Assembly (NCBI GenBank): GCA_903894975.1
Contig: CAITSE010000162.1
Coordinates: forward strand, 1-56,628
Direction of reading: 5' to 3'
Length of the DNA: 56,628 bases
Origin: an uncultured Lentisphaerota bacterium
GTDB taxonomy: Bacteria; Verrucomicrobiota; Lentisphaeria; Oligosphaerales; CAITYL01
The translations under genes and the position numbers were made by a program. Shown one piece after another: positions 18,359-27,547 of this stretch (its first letter is position 1; each line of letters starts with the position of its first letter). The notes under the pieces were generated by a model. That model did not search any database. It was not told where the DNA came from and saw nothing but the letters and a program-made list of their open reading frames with translations.

Positions 18359-19981
18359 TCAGGCGCCCGCGTCTGACCATGCCAGGTCGAGATAGAGTGT
18401 GGCGGTCCAGCCGTAGTCGAAGAAGGCCTGATGGTAGGGGCTGATTTCCGGCGCGCATTTTCCCTTGCGGAGGAGTTGGGGCGGATCCACTTCCTGGCGG
18501 TCGTCGTAGAACTCGAAGAACGTCCCGTGCTTCATGTACATCTTCTCCACTTCGTCCATGGTTTCCGCGGCCAGCGCCGCCGCTTCGGCGAGGAAGCCGT
18601 AGCGTTTCAGGCCGCGGATGATCAGCCAGTTCGTCGAGATCCAGACCGGCCCGCGCCACATGTCTTTCGAATACACGTCATGATGGCATTTGGCCACGCT
18701 CGGAACCCGGAACGGCGTCCCGAATGTGTCGGGGTTGGTCAGGTGCGCCACCAGTTTCGCCGCCTGCGCTTTTGACGGCGCGCCGCAGATCAGCGGCAGG
18801 AAGCCGGACACCGCATAAATCCCGGATAGGGCGCGGTCGCGGAGATTGTAGTCGAAATAGAAGCCCTGCTCCTCGGACCAGAGCCGTTCGTTGATCAGCC
18901 GGCAGAGTTTTTCGTGCCGACCCTGCCAGAGGGCGACATCGGAGTCATTGCCGCTGATCTTGGCGAAGCCCGCCATAATTTCGCATTCTTGGGCGAGATA
19001 GGCGTTGAAATCCGTCGCGTCCAGCCTGGTTGCGCAGTCGAAGCGTGAAGAATTGTCCAGACCGCTTTCGCCGCACCGGCAGTTCACGTCGCCTTCGACC
19101 ATCCATTCGCAGAGTCCGGCGCCGTCAGTATCGCGGTTGGCCAAGTCCCATTCCAGGTATTTTTTCAGTTTGGGATAAAGCTCCGCGATCAGTTCAGGGG
19201 AGGGCGCGGTTTCGTGCAGAAGCTGAACTCCGAGCGCGATGACCGGGGGCTGGGTGAGGTTGGAGGCCGAAGACGGATTCATCATGTGCGCGATCATGCC
19301 GTCCGGTTTCTGGGTGTCGAAGAGGGCGAGGATCGCCTGGCGCGCCAGGCCGATGTCGAGATGCCGCAGCCCGATGGCGTGGAACACGCTGTCCCAGAGC
19401 CACATCTGCCGGTGCGGCCAGCGGTCCGGGGTGGTCCAGTAATGCGGGATGACGCCTTCCGGGCTGTAGACTTGGGTCTTCATCTGCGAGAGCGCTTTGT
19501 AGAGCGTCTTACGCCGCGCCTCCGGAAGATTGAAGGGCAGGGGCATCCCGGCGATCCAGGCCGCCCGGGCCTTTAGAATCGGATCAAGATCCTGCGTGAT
19601 CAGGGATGGCGTGAAAAAGGTCTTGGTCCCGACCAGGGTTTTGTTTCCGTTCCGGAGGCTGGCGAGCTTGTCGTCCTCCAGCTCCACGCGGCAATCGCCT
19701 TCGAGGAGCAGGTGGTGGGCATCGAGGAATGCTCCTTTCACCGCGTCGGAGCCGAAGCGGAAAAAATCACCCCCGAGCAGGATTTCGGCCGGGGCGGGAA
19801 CGGGAATGGGGAACGTGATTTTCCCGGCGCCGGGGAGCTTGATGTCAAACCCGCACGCAGAGAATGAGGTTCGGAGAACCAGGCCGTTCTGATAGTTGGT
19901 CTTACCGTCGCAGCCGGAAAAGGCCAGGAGCTGCCCGCCGCCCCAGACATTCAAAACCCCGTTCAAGTTCACCGGACTCAT
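18359..19981 (-). CDS. GH63 / MGH1-like (alpha/alpha)6 glycoside hydrolase
   Basis: QMWLWDSVFH, TQPPV, GESGLDNSSRFD, WRGPVW, FFEFYD; ATG 19981 preceded by GGAG. Confidence 0.85.
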   Translation of the reverse strand: MSPVNLNGVLNVWGGGQLLAFSGCDGKTNYQNGLVLRTSFSACGFDIKLPGAGKITFPIPVPAPAEILLGGDFFRFGSDAVKGAFLDAHHLLLEGDCRVELEDDKLASLRNGNKTLVGTKTFFTPSLITQDLDPILKARAAWIAGMPLPFNLPEARRKTLYKALSQMKTQVYSPEGVIPHYWTTPDRWPHRQMWLWDSVFHAIGLRHLDIGLARQAILALFDTQKPDGMIAHMMNPSSASNLTQPPVIALGVQLLHETAPSPELIAELYPKLKKYLEWDLANRDTDGAGLCEWMVEGDVNCRCGESGLDNSSRFDCATRLDATDFNAYLAQECEIMAGFAKISGNDSDVALWQGRHEKLCRLINERLWSEEQGFYFDYNLRDRALSGIYAVSGFLPLICGAPSKAQAAKLVAHLTNPDTFGTPFRVPSVAKCHHDVYSKDMWRGPVWISTNWLIIRGLKRYGFLAEAAALAAETMDEVEKMYMKHGTFFEFYDDRQEVDPPQLLRKGKCAPEISPYHQAFFDYGWTATLYLDLAWSDAGA

Positions 19982-20259
19982 CGTCTCTTTCTCCTTGCAA
20001 CTGCAACGCGCGAAGGGTAAAACGTACCATCTGGAAATCCGGGCGGCAACCGTTTTGGAAAGGAGAGTGGGGGTTCTGTTGGGGACGAGATCTGCCTGCC
20101 CCCCCCTTGTGATCTTGGTGTTTTTTTGCGGCAAAAAACACGCCGAGCAGGGGCTCGGCGTTCCCAGGGGGGCCGGCCGGTTGCAAGGATGCGACCGGCG
20201 CGGTACAGTCACGGTGCTTGGCAGGATGGTGTAACGCGCGGAAGGAAAAGGCAAATTTT

Positions 20260-21267
20260 ATGACGAACGCTCAGGAAAATGAAGACGGCTTTCAGATTAT
20301 CCGGATCGAGGGGCGTCTAGATGCCGCGACCAGCCGGGAATTCGATGCGGCGATGGCCACCCTCATGCGGGAGGGCGGGCTGCGCGTGGCGCTGGATGTG
20401 AGCGAGCTTACCTATGTCAGCAGCGCCGGGTTGCGCAGTCTGCTCATGCTGGCCAAAAAGATGAAGGACGCCGCCGGCCTGGTGGCGCTGTTCAAACCGC
20501 AACCGCAGGTGAGCCAACTGCTGAAAATGGCCGGCTTTGACCGGGTCATGCCGATGTTCCATGAAGAAAGCATTCTCCGCGGTTTCCTGCGCATGAAAAG
20601 CACGGGGGGGCTGACCGGAGACCAGGTTTCCCAGATTTTCACCCATCCACTGAGCGTGGCGGAGGAGTTTTTTCTGCTGGCGCTGGATGACGCGACCGGG
20701 CAGCTCCGGCCGTTGCCGCCCGGCGTTATGGAGCGCGCCATGGCCGGCGCCCTGCTGATGGAACTGGCGTTCCTGAACCGACTGGAAGTCGATCTCAAGG
20801 AATTGCGGGTGACCAACCGCAACCCCATCGGCGATCCGGTGCTGGACGACGTGCTGGAGGACATGGCGACTTCCTCCGGGACGCATTCCCCGGCGTATTG
20901 GCTGGAGCGGGTCGGCGCTCAGGGCGCCGCGCTGGTGGAGCGGGTGCGGGAGCGTCTGGTACACAAGCGCATCCTGAAGGAGGAAAACCGGCGGATGCTG
21001 TGGGTGTTCTCGGTCCGCCGCTACCCGGTCATGAAAGACCGCCGGGAAGTCAAGGAGGTCAAGGCCCGCCTGCACGCCTTGGTGTGTGGCGGCGACATTC
21101 CCGATCCGCTGGACGTCCTGATCCTGAACCTGGCTTCGATCTGCAAGCTGCTGGACGTGATTTTCATCCCGGAGGAGCTGCCGAAAGTCGGGAAACGGAT
21201 CGGCGAACTGGTGCGCCTCGACCTGATCGGGCAGGAATTGGCGGCGAGCCTCGTGGGCAAGCCGTAG
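20260..21267 (+). CDS. STAS (anti-sigma-factor antagonist) domain fused to GPP34/GOLPH3-like domain
   Basis: N-half GRLDAATS...LTYVSSAGLRSLL; C-half LSVAEEFFLLALDDATG, MAGALLMELA, IGDPVLDDVL, VRERLVHKRIL, LWVFSVRRYP. Confidence 0.82.
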   Translation: MTNAQENEDGFQIIRIEGRLDAATSREFDAAMATLMREGGLRVALDVSELTYVSSAGLRSLLMLAKKMKDAAGLVALFKPQPQVSQLLKMAGFDRVMPMFHEESILRGFLRMKSTGGLTGDQVSQIFTHPLSVAEEFFLLALDDATGQLRPLPPGVMERAMAGALLMELAFLNRLEVDLKELRVTNRNPIGDPVLDDVLEDMATSSGTHSPAYWLERVGAQGAALVERVRERLVHKRILKEENRRMLWVFSVRRYPVMKDRREVKEVKARLHALVCGGDIPDPLDVLILNLASICKLLDVIFIPEELPKVGKRIGELVRLDLIGQELAASLVGKP

Positions 21268-21415
21268 ACGGTTTTTAACCGCTGACGAACGCTAACGGGC
21301 CGCTAAAGAAGGTAAATAAAGTTCGGATCCATTAGCGGGCGTTAAACGCCTGGTGTAGTGTCCGTTAACTAACTGCACACATTCTCCGGTCCGCCTTTTC
21401 CACGCCAGGATGTTC

Positions 21416-21707
21416 CATCCCGGAGGGATGCCAGCCGGTAGCCGGTGGTTGAGCGAGGCCCGGCGAGCGACACCACCGGTTTGGGCGTCCCTCCGGCGAA
21501 TGCACCCCGAAGGGGTGCCAGCCAGCCCCATGACGCCCGCTCACGCCATCACGACCATGCCCCCGAGGTCGCTGGCACCCCTGCCGGGGTGCTGACATTC
21601 TCCGTCCCATGACCCCGGTGGTGTCGCTGCGCTCAACCACCGGCTACAGGCTGTGACACCTCCGGCGTCCTCCACCACCGAATACCGGCGGTGACACCTC
21701 CGGTGTC
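21416..21707. repeat. REPIN-like nested palindrome (TAGCCGGTGGTTGAGCG / CGCTCAACCACCGGCTA), copy 1
   Basis: 17-bp inverted arms, internal GCACCCC..GGGGTGC hairpins; second copy at 33576-33750. Confidence 0.85.
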
Positions 21708-21937
21708 CATCCCCCAGGAGCATAAATGGAGAATCACCCTCTTTCACCCGTCCCTTTGCGTCTCTCGGTTTGGCGGGAAAAAGCGGATACGAGCCGGAGG
21801 TCGTTCATTTTTATTTAGGAGGAATCATTTGATTGTCAAATGATTACACCAAAGTCCACACGTGTGGACTTTTCCGTTTCAGCCCCCGGGCGTTCCCGTT
21901 TTCCACAACCAGCCCGGCACCCGCGCCGGAAAACTTC

Positions 21938-22528
21938 CTACTCCGCCGGCCGGCCGGCGAACTGCCATTGTTTGACGGCCTCGATGGGGTGGATGAGCAT
22001 GACGATGTTGAGGGTCAGGTTGTCGCGCACCCAGAGGAGCGTGCCGACTTCCATGAGGACAATGGCGGCAACCGTGGCCCAGAACCGCGCGCGCCAGGCG
22101 ACGCAGAATCCAATGGCCACCATCACAATGTCGCTCAGGGAATTGAGGACGCTGTCGCCGACATATCCGAGGGCAATGGTCGCCTCCCGGTAGCGGTTGA
22201 TGATGAGCGGCGAGTTTTCCAGGAGTTCCCAGCCGGCTTCCAGAAACAGGGCGCCGACGAAGCGCCAGCGCATCGGCAGCTTCCGCGCCGCCAGCCACAG
22301 GAACGCGTAAAAAAGCATGCCGTGAACGATGTGCGAGAATGAATATGGATCGGCAACCCGCTGGGATTGTTCGCGGCTCCAGATGTTTCCCTCCCACCAG
22401 CCGAACCTGCCGTCCGGTCCCAGCAGCAACCGCCCCATTCCTGATTCGACCGCCCCCGTGACGACAAAGATCGCCACACAGGCCAGGATGACCCACCGGT
22501 ACTGTTTAATCCGTGCAAGCATGATCAT
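21938..22528 (-). CDS. DUF2585 (UPF0314) membrane protein
   Basis: SQRVADPYSFSHIVHG, WELLENSPLIINRYR, GYVGDSVLNSLSD, RDNLTLN. Confidence 0.9.
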   Translation of the reverse strand: MIMLARIKQYRWVILACVAIFVVTGAVESGMGRLLLGPDGRFGWWEGNIWSREQSQRVADPYSFSHIVHGMLFYAFLWLAARKLPMRWRFVGALFLEAGWELLENSPLIINRYREATIALGYVGDSVLNSLSDIVMVAIGFCVAWRARFWATVAAIVLMEVGTLLWVRDNLTLNIVMLIHPIEAVKQWQFAGRPAE

Positions 22529-22537
22529 CTTGGGTCT

Positions 22538-23161
22538 TCAGGCCAGGCGGAAGAATCCCGCGGCGGCGAGATTTTCGGCGCGGAGGGCGGCGAGGATCTG
22601 GGCCTCGCGGCGGCGCATGCGGCGCTTGGCCCGCGGGTTCAGGTCGTCTTCGCCGGCCAGGTGCAGCATGCCGTGGACGAGGTAGAGCAGCAGCTCGTCT
22701 TCCGGCGTGGTCCCGTAGCGGCGGCAGGCCTTGGCGGCGACGGCCGGGCAGACGATGAGGACGCCGGCCAGGGCGGGCTCCGCCGGGTCCGGAAATTTGA
22801 AATTTGGAATTTGAAATTTGTCCTCCGCCTCCCCCTCCGGCCCGCAACCCGCAACCCGCAACCCGCAACCCGCCTTCCCCCCGGTTTCCCATTGCGGCGG
22901 CGTCCGCGCCGCCGCAGTGTAATCAAACGCCAGGACGTCGGTGGCGCCGGCGTGGTTCAGGAACGCGCGGTTCCAGCCGGCCATGCGGCGGGGGCCGGCG
23001 AATTCGACCTGGAGTTCCCAGCCGCCGGTTGGTTCGGAGTGGGCAAGCAGGGACGGCCAGCCGGCCAGGGAGGCCAGGCGCCGGAGCAGGTCACGCAGGC
23101 GTTTCCGGCCGGGCAGGGTCAACCGCCGGCTCGACTTGGTCAGGGTCACGCGGAGTGGCAT
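22538..23161 (-). CDS. ybeY: rRNA maturation endoribonuclease YbeY with repeat-derived loop insertion
   Basis: NRAFL..TDVLAF, VHGMLHLAGEDD metal motif, MRRRE; lies downstream of HDIG gene as commonly seen. Confidence 0.88.
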   Translation of the reverse strand: MPLRVTLTKSSRRLTLPGRKRLRDLLRRLASLAGWPSLLAHSEPTGGWELQVEFAGPRRMAGWNRAFLNHAGATDVLAFDYTAAARTPPQWETGGKAGCGLRVAGCGPEGEAEDKFQIPNFKFPDPAEPALAGVLIVCPAVAAKACRRYGTTPEDELLLYLVHGMLHLAGEDDLNPRAKRRMRRREAQILAALRAENLAAAGFFRLA

Positions 23162-25493
23162 GGGCGGCCGCCTCCTTCTCTTCGTCGGATTTGGGGTACT
23201 GGATGCGGCTGTGATGCATGGTGGTGAGGGTGCGGACCAGGCTTTCGCGGACGGTGGCGAGTTCGCGGAGGGTGAGGTCGGCGTCATCGAGCTGCCCGCC
23301 CACGACCTTGCCGCGAATGATGCCGGCGACCTGGGAGCGGATCTTCTGCGGGGTCGGCTTGACCAGGGAGCGGACGGCGGCCTCGCAGGAATCGGCCAGG
23401 CTGACGATGGCGACTTCCCGGCGGGCGGGGAGGGGGCCGGGATAGCGGTAGTCATGTTCGCCGATCTCGGGATCCTCGGCGTCGCGGTCCTGGCGGGCGC
23501 GGTTGTAGAAGTAGCTGACCAGGCTGGTGCCATGGTGCTGGGCGATGGCCTCGCGGATGGGGCGCTTGAGCTTGTAGCGCAGGGCCAGTTCAAGGCCGCT
23601 TTTGACGTGGTTGAGGATGACGATGCTGCTGAGGCGCGGGCGCAGATCTTCATGGGGATTGGCACCCATGGCGTTTTCGGTGAAATACTCGGGATTGCTG
23701 AGCTTGCCGATGTCGTGGAAATAGGCGCAGACCCGGGCCAGGAGCGGGTTGGCTTCGATGGCGGCGGCCGCGTTTTCGGAAAGGGTGGCGACCATGAGCG
23801 AATGATGGTAGGTGCCGGGCGCCTCCATTTGCAGCCGGCGCAGGAGCGGATGGTTGAGGTCGCTGATTTCGATCAGGTACAGGTCGGTGGTGATGCCGAA
23901 GAGGTATTCGAAGACCGGGCTGGCAAAGGCGGCGAGCACGGCCGTGGCGACACTGGTGGCCAGGCCGACCAGGATCATGGGTCCGTAGTATTCGAAGGGA
24001 GTGCTCTGATGGAAGAGGAACATTCCGGCGGTGATGGTGAGCATCACGGCGGTGCCGATGCCGGTCCAGAGGATCTGGTAGCGTCGGCGGGCGCGGCGCA
24101 TGAGCAGGGCCGCGGCAAAAGAGGCGAGGGTGCCGGCGATTGGCAGGACCAGGGTTTCGTCGAACTGGAAGGCGGCGGCCAGGGAACCGAGGCCGCCGAC
24201 CAGGGCGGCCACGCGCAACCCCACCAGGTGTGAAAGCAGCATGGCCCCGAAAGTCAGGGGTAGGACCACCGGCAGCAGCAGGGCGACGCCGCCGGCCTGC
24301 TGGAGGAACAGGTTTCCGCCGACCCGGGTCAGCAGGATCTGCAGGATGAGTCCCGCGGCGATGGCGGTCAGGGCGCCGCCCTGCCGGGTGATTTCGGGAT
24401 GGACGGCGTGCAGCAGGTAGCTGGCGGCCAGGAGGGAAAGAAGGAACAGGGCGGCAAACACGGCCGGTTCGCGTAACTGCAAGGCCAGGTCCATGGGGCG
24501 CCCGGCCAGCAGTTCCTGATACTTGTCGATGCGCACCAGATCTTCGGCGGAGATACGTTCGCCGCGTTTGAGCAGGGCGGCGCCGGCGAGCACCGCGGTC
24601 TTGGCTTCGGGAACCAAGTTGGCGGCCTGATGCTGAGCCTGTTCTGTGGCCGTGCGGTCCAGGATCAGGTTGGGCCGGATCAGGCCGGTGAGCATTTCCT
24701 CCAGGGCGGTCTGGGTGCCGACGCCCTGGTCGGGGTACATGGCGCAGAACTCCGCCGCCACGGCGGCCGCCACCCGGCCGGAAGTCGGCAGTTCCCCGAA
24801 CGGAACCAGGCGTCGCCGGTACAATTCATCGCGGACATAGACCGAGGCGTGCCCCGAGGCGGCGCCGCCAAAATGGTTGGCCAGATCCTCGGGGGCGATC
24901 ACGCCTTTTTGGGCCGCGCTTGCCACCAACCGTTCCAGATACGGCCAGCGGCCGGGAAGTAGCGCCAAATATTCGAGGGCGCCGCGGCGGCGGGCATCCA
25001 GCGTGTTGCGGAATTCCTCCAGGGCGGGATCTGCCGGAGCTTCTGTCTCCATCCCGGGTGTGACCGCAGGAGCCGGGCGGTCGCCGCCGGCGTTCGCGGC
25101 CGCGGCGAGCAGGTCGCGGATCAGCAGGAGCCGGGTCATGGTCCGTTCCAGTTCGGCGGCGCGGATTTCAAACACCGGCGGAACTTTCCGGGACGCGGTT
25201 TCGCGCAGGCGCGTAGTCTTCTCGCTGTCCTCGTACTCGAACGGTTGTTCGGCGTAGAGGAAGCGGTCGGCGACCTGGCCGGCCACATATTTGGTGACCG
25301 GATGAAGGGGTTTGAGCAGGAAACTGGCCGCGGCAACGCCCCAGACCAGCAGGAGCAGGGTGAGGCGGAGCAGTATGAGGCGCCACCCTGACCGGATCGC
25401 CGCGGCGGCAGGATGGGGCGGCGTCGCCGTCCGGCGGCGCCGGGCGGAGCGTTCACGGCGCCAGCGCCGGAGCTTGGAAAGCAAACTATTCAT
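23091..25493 (-). CDS. 7TM-HDIG membrane phosphohydrolase (PgpH-like)
   Basis: Extracytoplasmic domain plus TM helices; EAPGTYHHS, YFHDIGK, QHHGTS, YRYPGP, LADSCEAA. Confidence 0.93.
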   Translation of the reverse strand: MNSLLSKLRRWRRERSARRRRTATPPHPAAAAIRSGWRLILLRLTLLLLVWGVAAASFLLKPLHPVTKYVAGQVADRFLYAEQPFEYEDSEKTTRLRETASRKVPPVFEIRAAELERTMTRLLLIRDLLAAAANAGGDRPAPAVTPGMETEAPADPALEEFRNTLDARRRGALEYLALLPGRWPYLERLVASAAQKGVIAPEDLANHFGGAASGHASVYVRDELYRRRLVPFGELPTSGRVAAAVAAEFCAMYPDQGVGTQTALEEMLTGLIRPNLILDRTATEQAQHQAANLVPEAKTAVLAGAALLKRGERISAEDLVRIDKYQELLAGRPMDLALQLREPAVFAALFLLSLLAASYLLHAVHPEITRQGGALTAIAAGLILQILLTRVGGNLFLQQAGGVALLLPVVLPLTFGAMLLSHLVGLRVAALVGGLGSLAAAFQFDETLVLPIAGTLASFAAALLMRRARRRYQILWTGIGTAVMLTITAGMFLFHQSTPFEYYGPMILVGLATSVATAVLAAFASPVFEYLFGITTDLYLIEISDLNHPLLRRLQMEAPGTYHHSLMVATLSENAAAAIEANPLLARVCAYFHDIGKLSNPEYFTENAMGANPHEDLRPRLSSIVILNHVKSGLELALRYKLKRPIREAIAQHHGTSLVSYFYNRARQDRDAEDPEIGEHDYRYPGPLPARREVAIVSLADSCEAAVRSLVKPTPQKIRSQVAGIIRGKVVGGQLDDADLTLRELATVRESLVRTLTTMHHSRIQYPKSDEEKEAAAHATPRDPDQVEPAVDPARPETPA

Positions 25494-25604
25494 ACCCGCC
25501 TCCGGCAGCCGACGGCACCGGGAAGGGAGAGCCCGGCTTTAGAGCCTTCTGAGCTAAAAGCGTTGTTTTCCGGTCGTGATTTACACGTGAACAAACACAA
25601 ACAG

Positions 25605-25670
25605 TAGCCCGGGCAAGCCGGCCGCAATGATGCATAGCACCACACGCTTGGCTCCGGCTTGGCCGGGCTA
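25605..25670. repeat. 17-bp inverted repeat immediately after fabF stop
   Basis: tagcccgggcaagccgg ... ccggcttggccgggcta, one mismatch. Confidence 0.7.
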
Positions 25671-25672
25671 GT

Positions 25673-26920
25673 TCACTCCCACTTACGGAAGAGGAGTGCG
25701 GCATTATGGCCGCCGAAACCGAGGTTGGTGTTGAGAGCGACTTTCACCGCGCGCTGACGGGCCGTGTTCGGCGTGTAATCCAGATCGCACTCGGGATCGG
25801 GGTTTTCCAGGTTGATCGTGGGCGGGATCACCCCGGTGCGCAGGGTTTGGATGCAGACAATGGATTCCATGCCACCGGCGGCGCCGAGCGCATGTCCGGT
25901 CATGGACTTGGTGCTGCTGATGGCCACCTTGCGGGCATGCTCGCCGAGCGATAGTTTGAAGGCCATGGTTTCAAGCTTGTCATTGAGCGGGGTCGAGGTG
26001 CCGTGGGCGTTGATGTAATCCACGGCGTCGGCCGGCAGCCCGGCGCGGGCCAGGGCGTTGGTAATGGCGCGTGCGGCGCCGGTGCCGTCCGGATCAGGGG
26101 CGGTGATGTGGTAGGCGTCCCCGGTGGCGCCGTAGCCGACAATTTCGGCCAGGATTGTGGCGCCGCGTTTTTTCGCGTGTTCCAGCGTTTCCAGGACTAG
26201 GATGCCGGCGCCTTCGGACATGACAAAGCCGTCGCGCTCCCGGTCAAACGGGCGGCTGGCCCGGATCGGGTCGTCATTGCGTTCGCTGAGGGCGCGCATG
26301 GAGGCGAAGCCGGCCATGGCCAGGGGGCAGATGCAGGATTCGGTGCCGCCGGTGATGACGGCATCCGCATCGCCGCGGCGCAGCAGCCAGTAGGATTCGC
26401 CGATGGCATGCGCGCCGGAGGCGCAGGCGGTGACCATGCCCATGTTGGGCCCCTTGAAGCCGTAGCGGATGGAGAGGAAGCCGGAGGCCATGTCGATGAT
26501 CATCATCGGCACCATGAGCGGCGAATTCCGGCTGGGCCCCTTCTCGAAGAGGACGCGGGCCTGCTCTTGCAGGGTCTGGATGCCGCCGACGCCGCTGCCG
26601 ATGTAGCAGGCGACGCGTTCGGGGTTGACCTTGTCGGCGGTGAGCCCGGCCATCTTGACGGCCTCGTCGCCCGCGACCACGGCATAATGGCAGAACTTGT
26701 CCAGCCGGCGCTGTTCTTTCGGCGGGAGGTAAAGATCCATATTCAGATCTTTGATCTCGCCGGCGATGCGCGTCTTGAGCGGCGCGGCATCAAAGACGGT
26801 GACCGGGCCCAGGCCGGACTTTCCGGCCGTGAGGGCGCCCCAGAAGGCGTCCAGGCCGTTGCCCACGCTGGAAACCACCCCGACGCCTGTCACCACCACG
26901 CGTTGCTGATCCGTCATCAT
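25673..26920 (-). CDS. fabF: Beta-ketoacyl-ACP synthase II
   Basis: TACASG, NAHGTST, KSMTGH, GFGGHN. Confidence 0.96.
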   Translation of the reverse strand: MMTDQQRVVVTGVGVVSSVGNGLDAFWGALTAGKSGLGPVTVFDAAPLKTRIAGEIKDLNMDLYLPPKEQRRLDKFCHYAVVAGDEAVKMAGLTADKVNPERVACYIGSGVGGIQTLQEQARVLFEKGPSRNSPLMVPMMIIDMASGFLSIRYGFKGPNMGMVTACASGAHAIGESYWLLRRGDADAVITGGTESCICPLAMAGFASMRALSERNDDPIRASRPFDRERDGFVMSEGAGILVLETLEHAKKRGATILAEIVGYGATGDAYHITAPDPDGTGAARAITNALARAGLPADAVDYINAHGTSTPLNDKLETMAFKLSLGEHARKVAISSTKSMTGHALGAAGGMESIVCIQTLRTGVIPPTINLENPDPECDLDYTPNTARQRAVKVALNTNLGFGGHNAALLFRKWE

Positions 26921-26946
26921 CCAGGTCTACTCCGCAACCGGTTGGC

Positions 26947-26974
26947 GCCACCCACCGGAAATCCGGTGGGCGGC
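26947..26974 (-). terminator. Stem-loop between acpP and fabF (partial terminator or mRNA stabiliser)
   Basis: cccaccgga-aa-tccggtggg stem; no clear U-tract. Confidence 0.4.
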
Positions 26975-27011
26975 ACACTCAAGATTCCGCAGGCCGCAGC
27001 CTGGGGCAGGA

Positions 27012-27248
27012 TTACTTCTTGAGGTTTTTGATATAATCAATGGCGGTGCCGACGGTGGTCAGCTTCTCCGCTTCTTCGTCCGGGATCTCGGCGCCGAATT
27101 CTTCTTCCAGCGCCATGACCAGCTCGACGGTGTCCAGGGAGTCGGCGCCGAGGTCTTCGATGAACTTGGCCTCAGGCGTGACCTGCTCCGGATTGACACC
27201 GAGCTGCTCGACGATGATTTCCTTGACTTTTTCTTCAACCGACGCCAT
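27012..27248 (-). CDS. acpP: Acyl carrier protein
   Basis: [20 protein letters not shown]. Confidence 0.98.
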   Translation of the reverse strand: MASVEEKVKEIIVEQLGVNPEQVTPEAKFIEDLGADSLDTVELVMALEEEFGAEIPDEEAEKLTTVGTAIDYIKNLKK

Positions 27249-27396
27249 GTGGATGTCTCCGTTTGCTGGTTTGGTTTTCCCAAAGATCGTTCACGGTCTG
27301 CCGGAACCGGCCTCAAGGACCGGGCGCCGGGAAGTCTCATAATTTGGCGCGGAACCGTCTGATTTCAAACGGCCGCGCTGGCGGCTGTTGCAAAGG

Positions 27397-27527
27397 GTCT
27401 GTGGTCTGTGGTCTGTGGGGAAAGACGGTGGATGTTCCCGAGGGCTCTCGGCGGCTCTCGATGGCCATCGAGAGCCCTCGAACGGTGCTACGCCGGTTCT
27501 TTCCACAGACCACAGACCACAGACCAC
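27397..27527. repeat. Inverted heptamer tracts (GTCTGTG / CACAGAC) enclosing GAGGGCTCTCG palindrome
   Basis: gtctgtggtctgtggtctgtgg ... cgagggctctcg..cgagagccctcg ... ccacagaccacagaccacagaccac; inner palindrome recurs at ~52998-53061. Confidence 0.88.
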
Positions 27528-27547
27528 GGGCCTGTCTTCAGAGGTCC

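Noticed and set aside
23162-23665. N-terminal extension of ybeY in the ORF track
   Set aside because: Alternative frame of the HDIG gene with low-complexity translation
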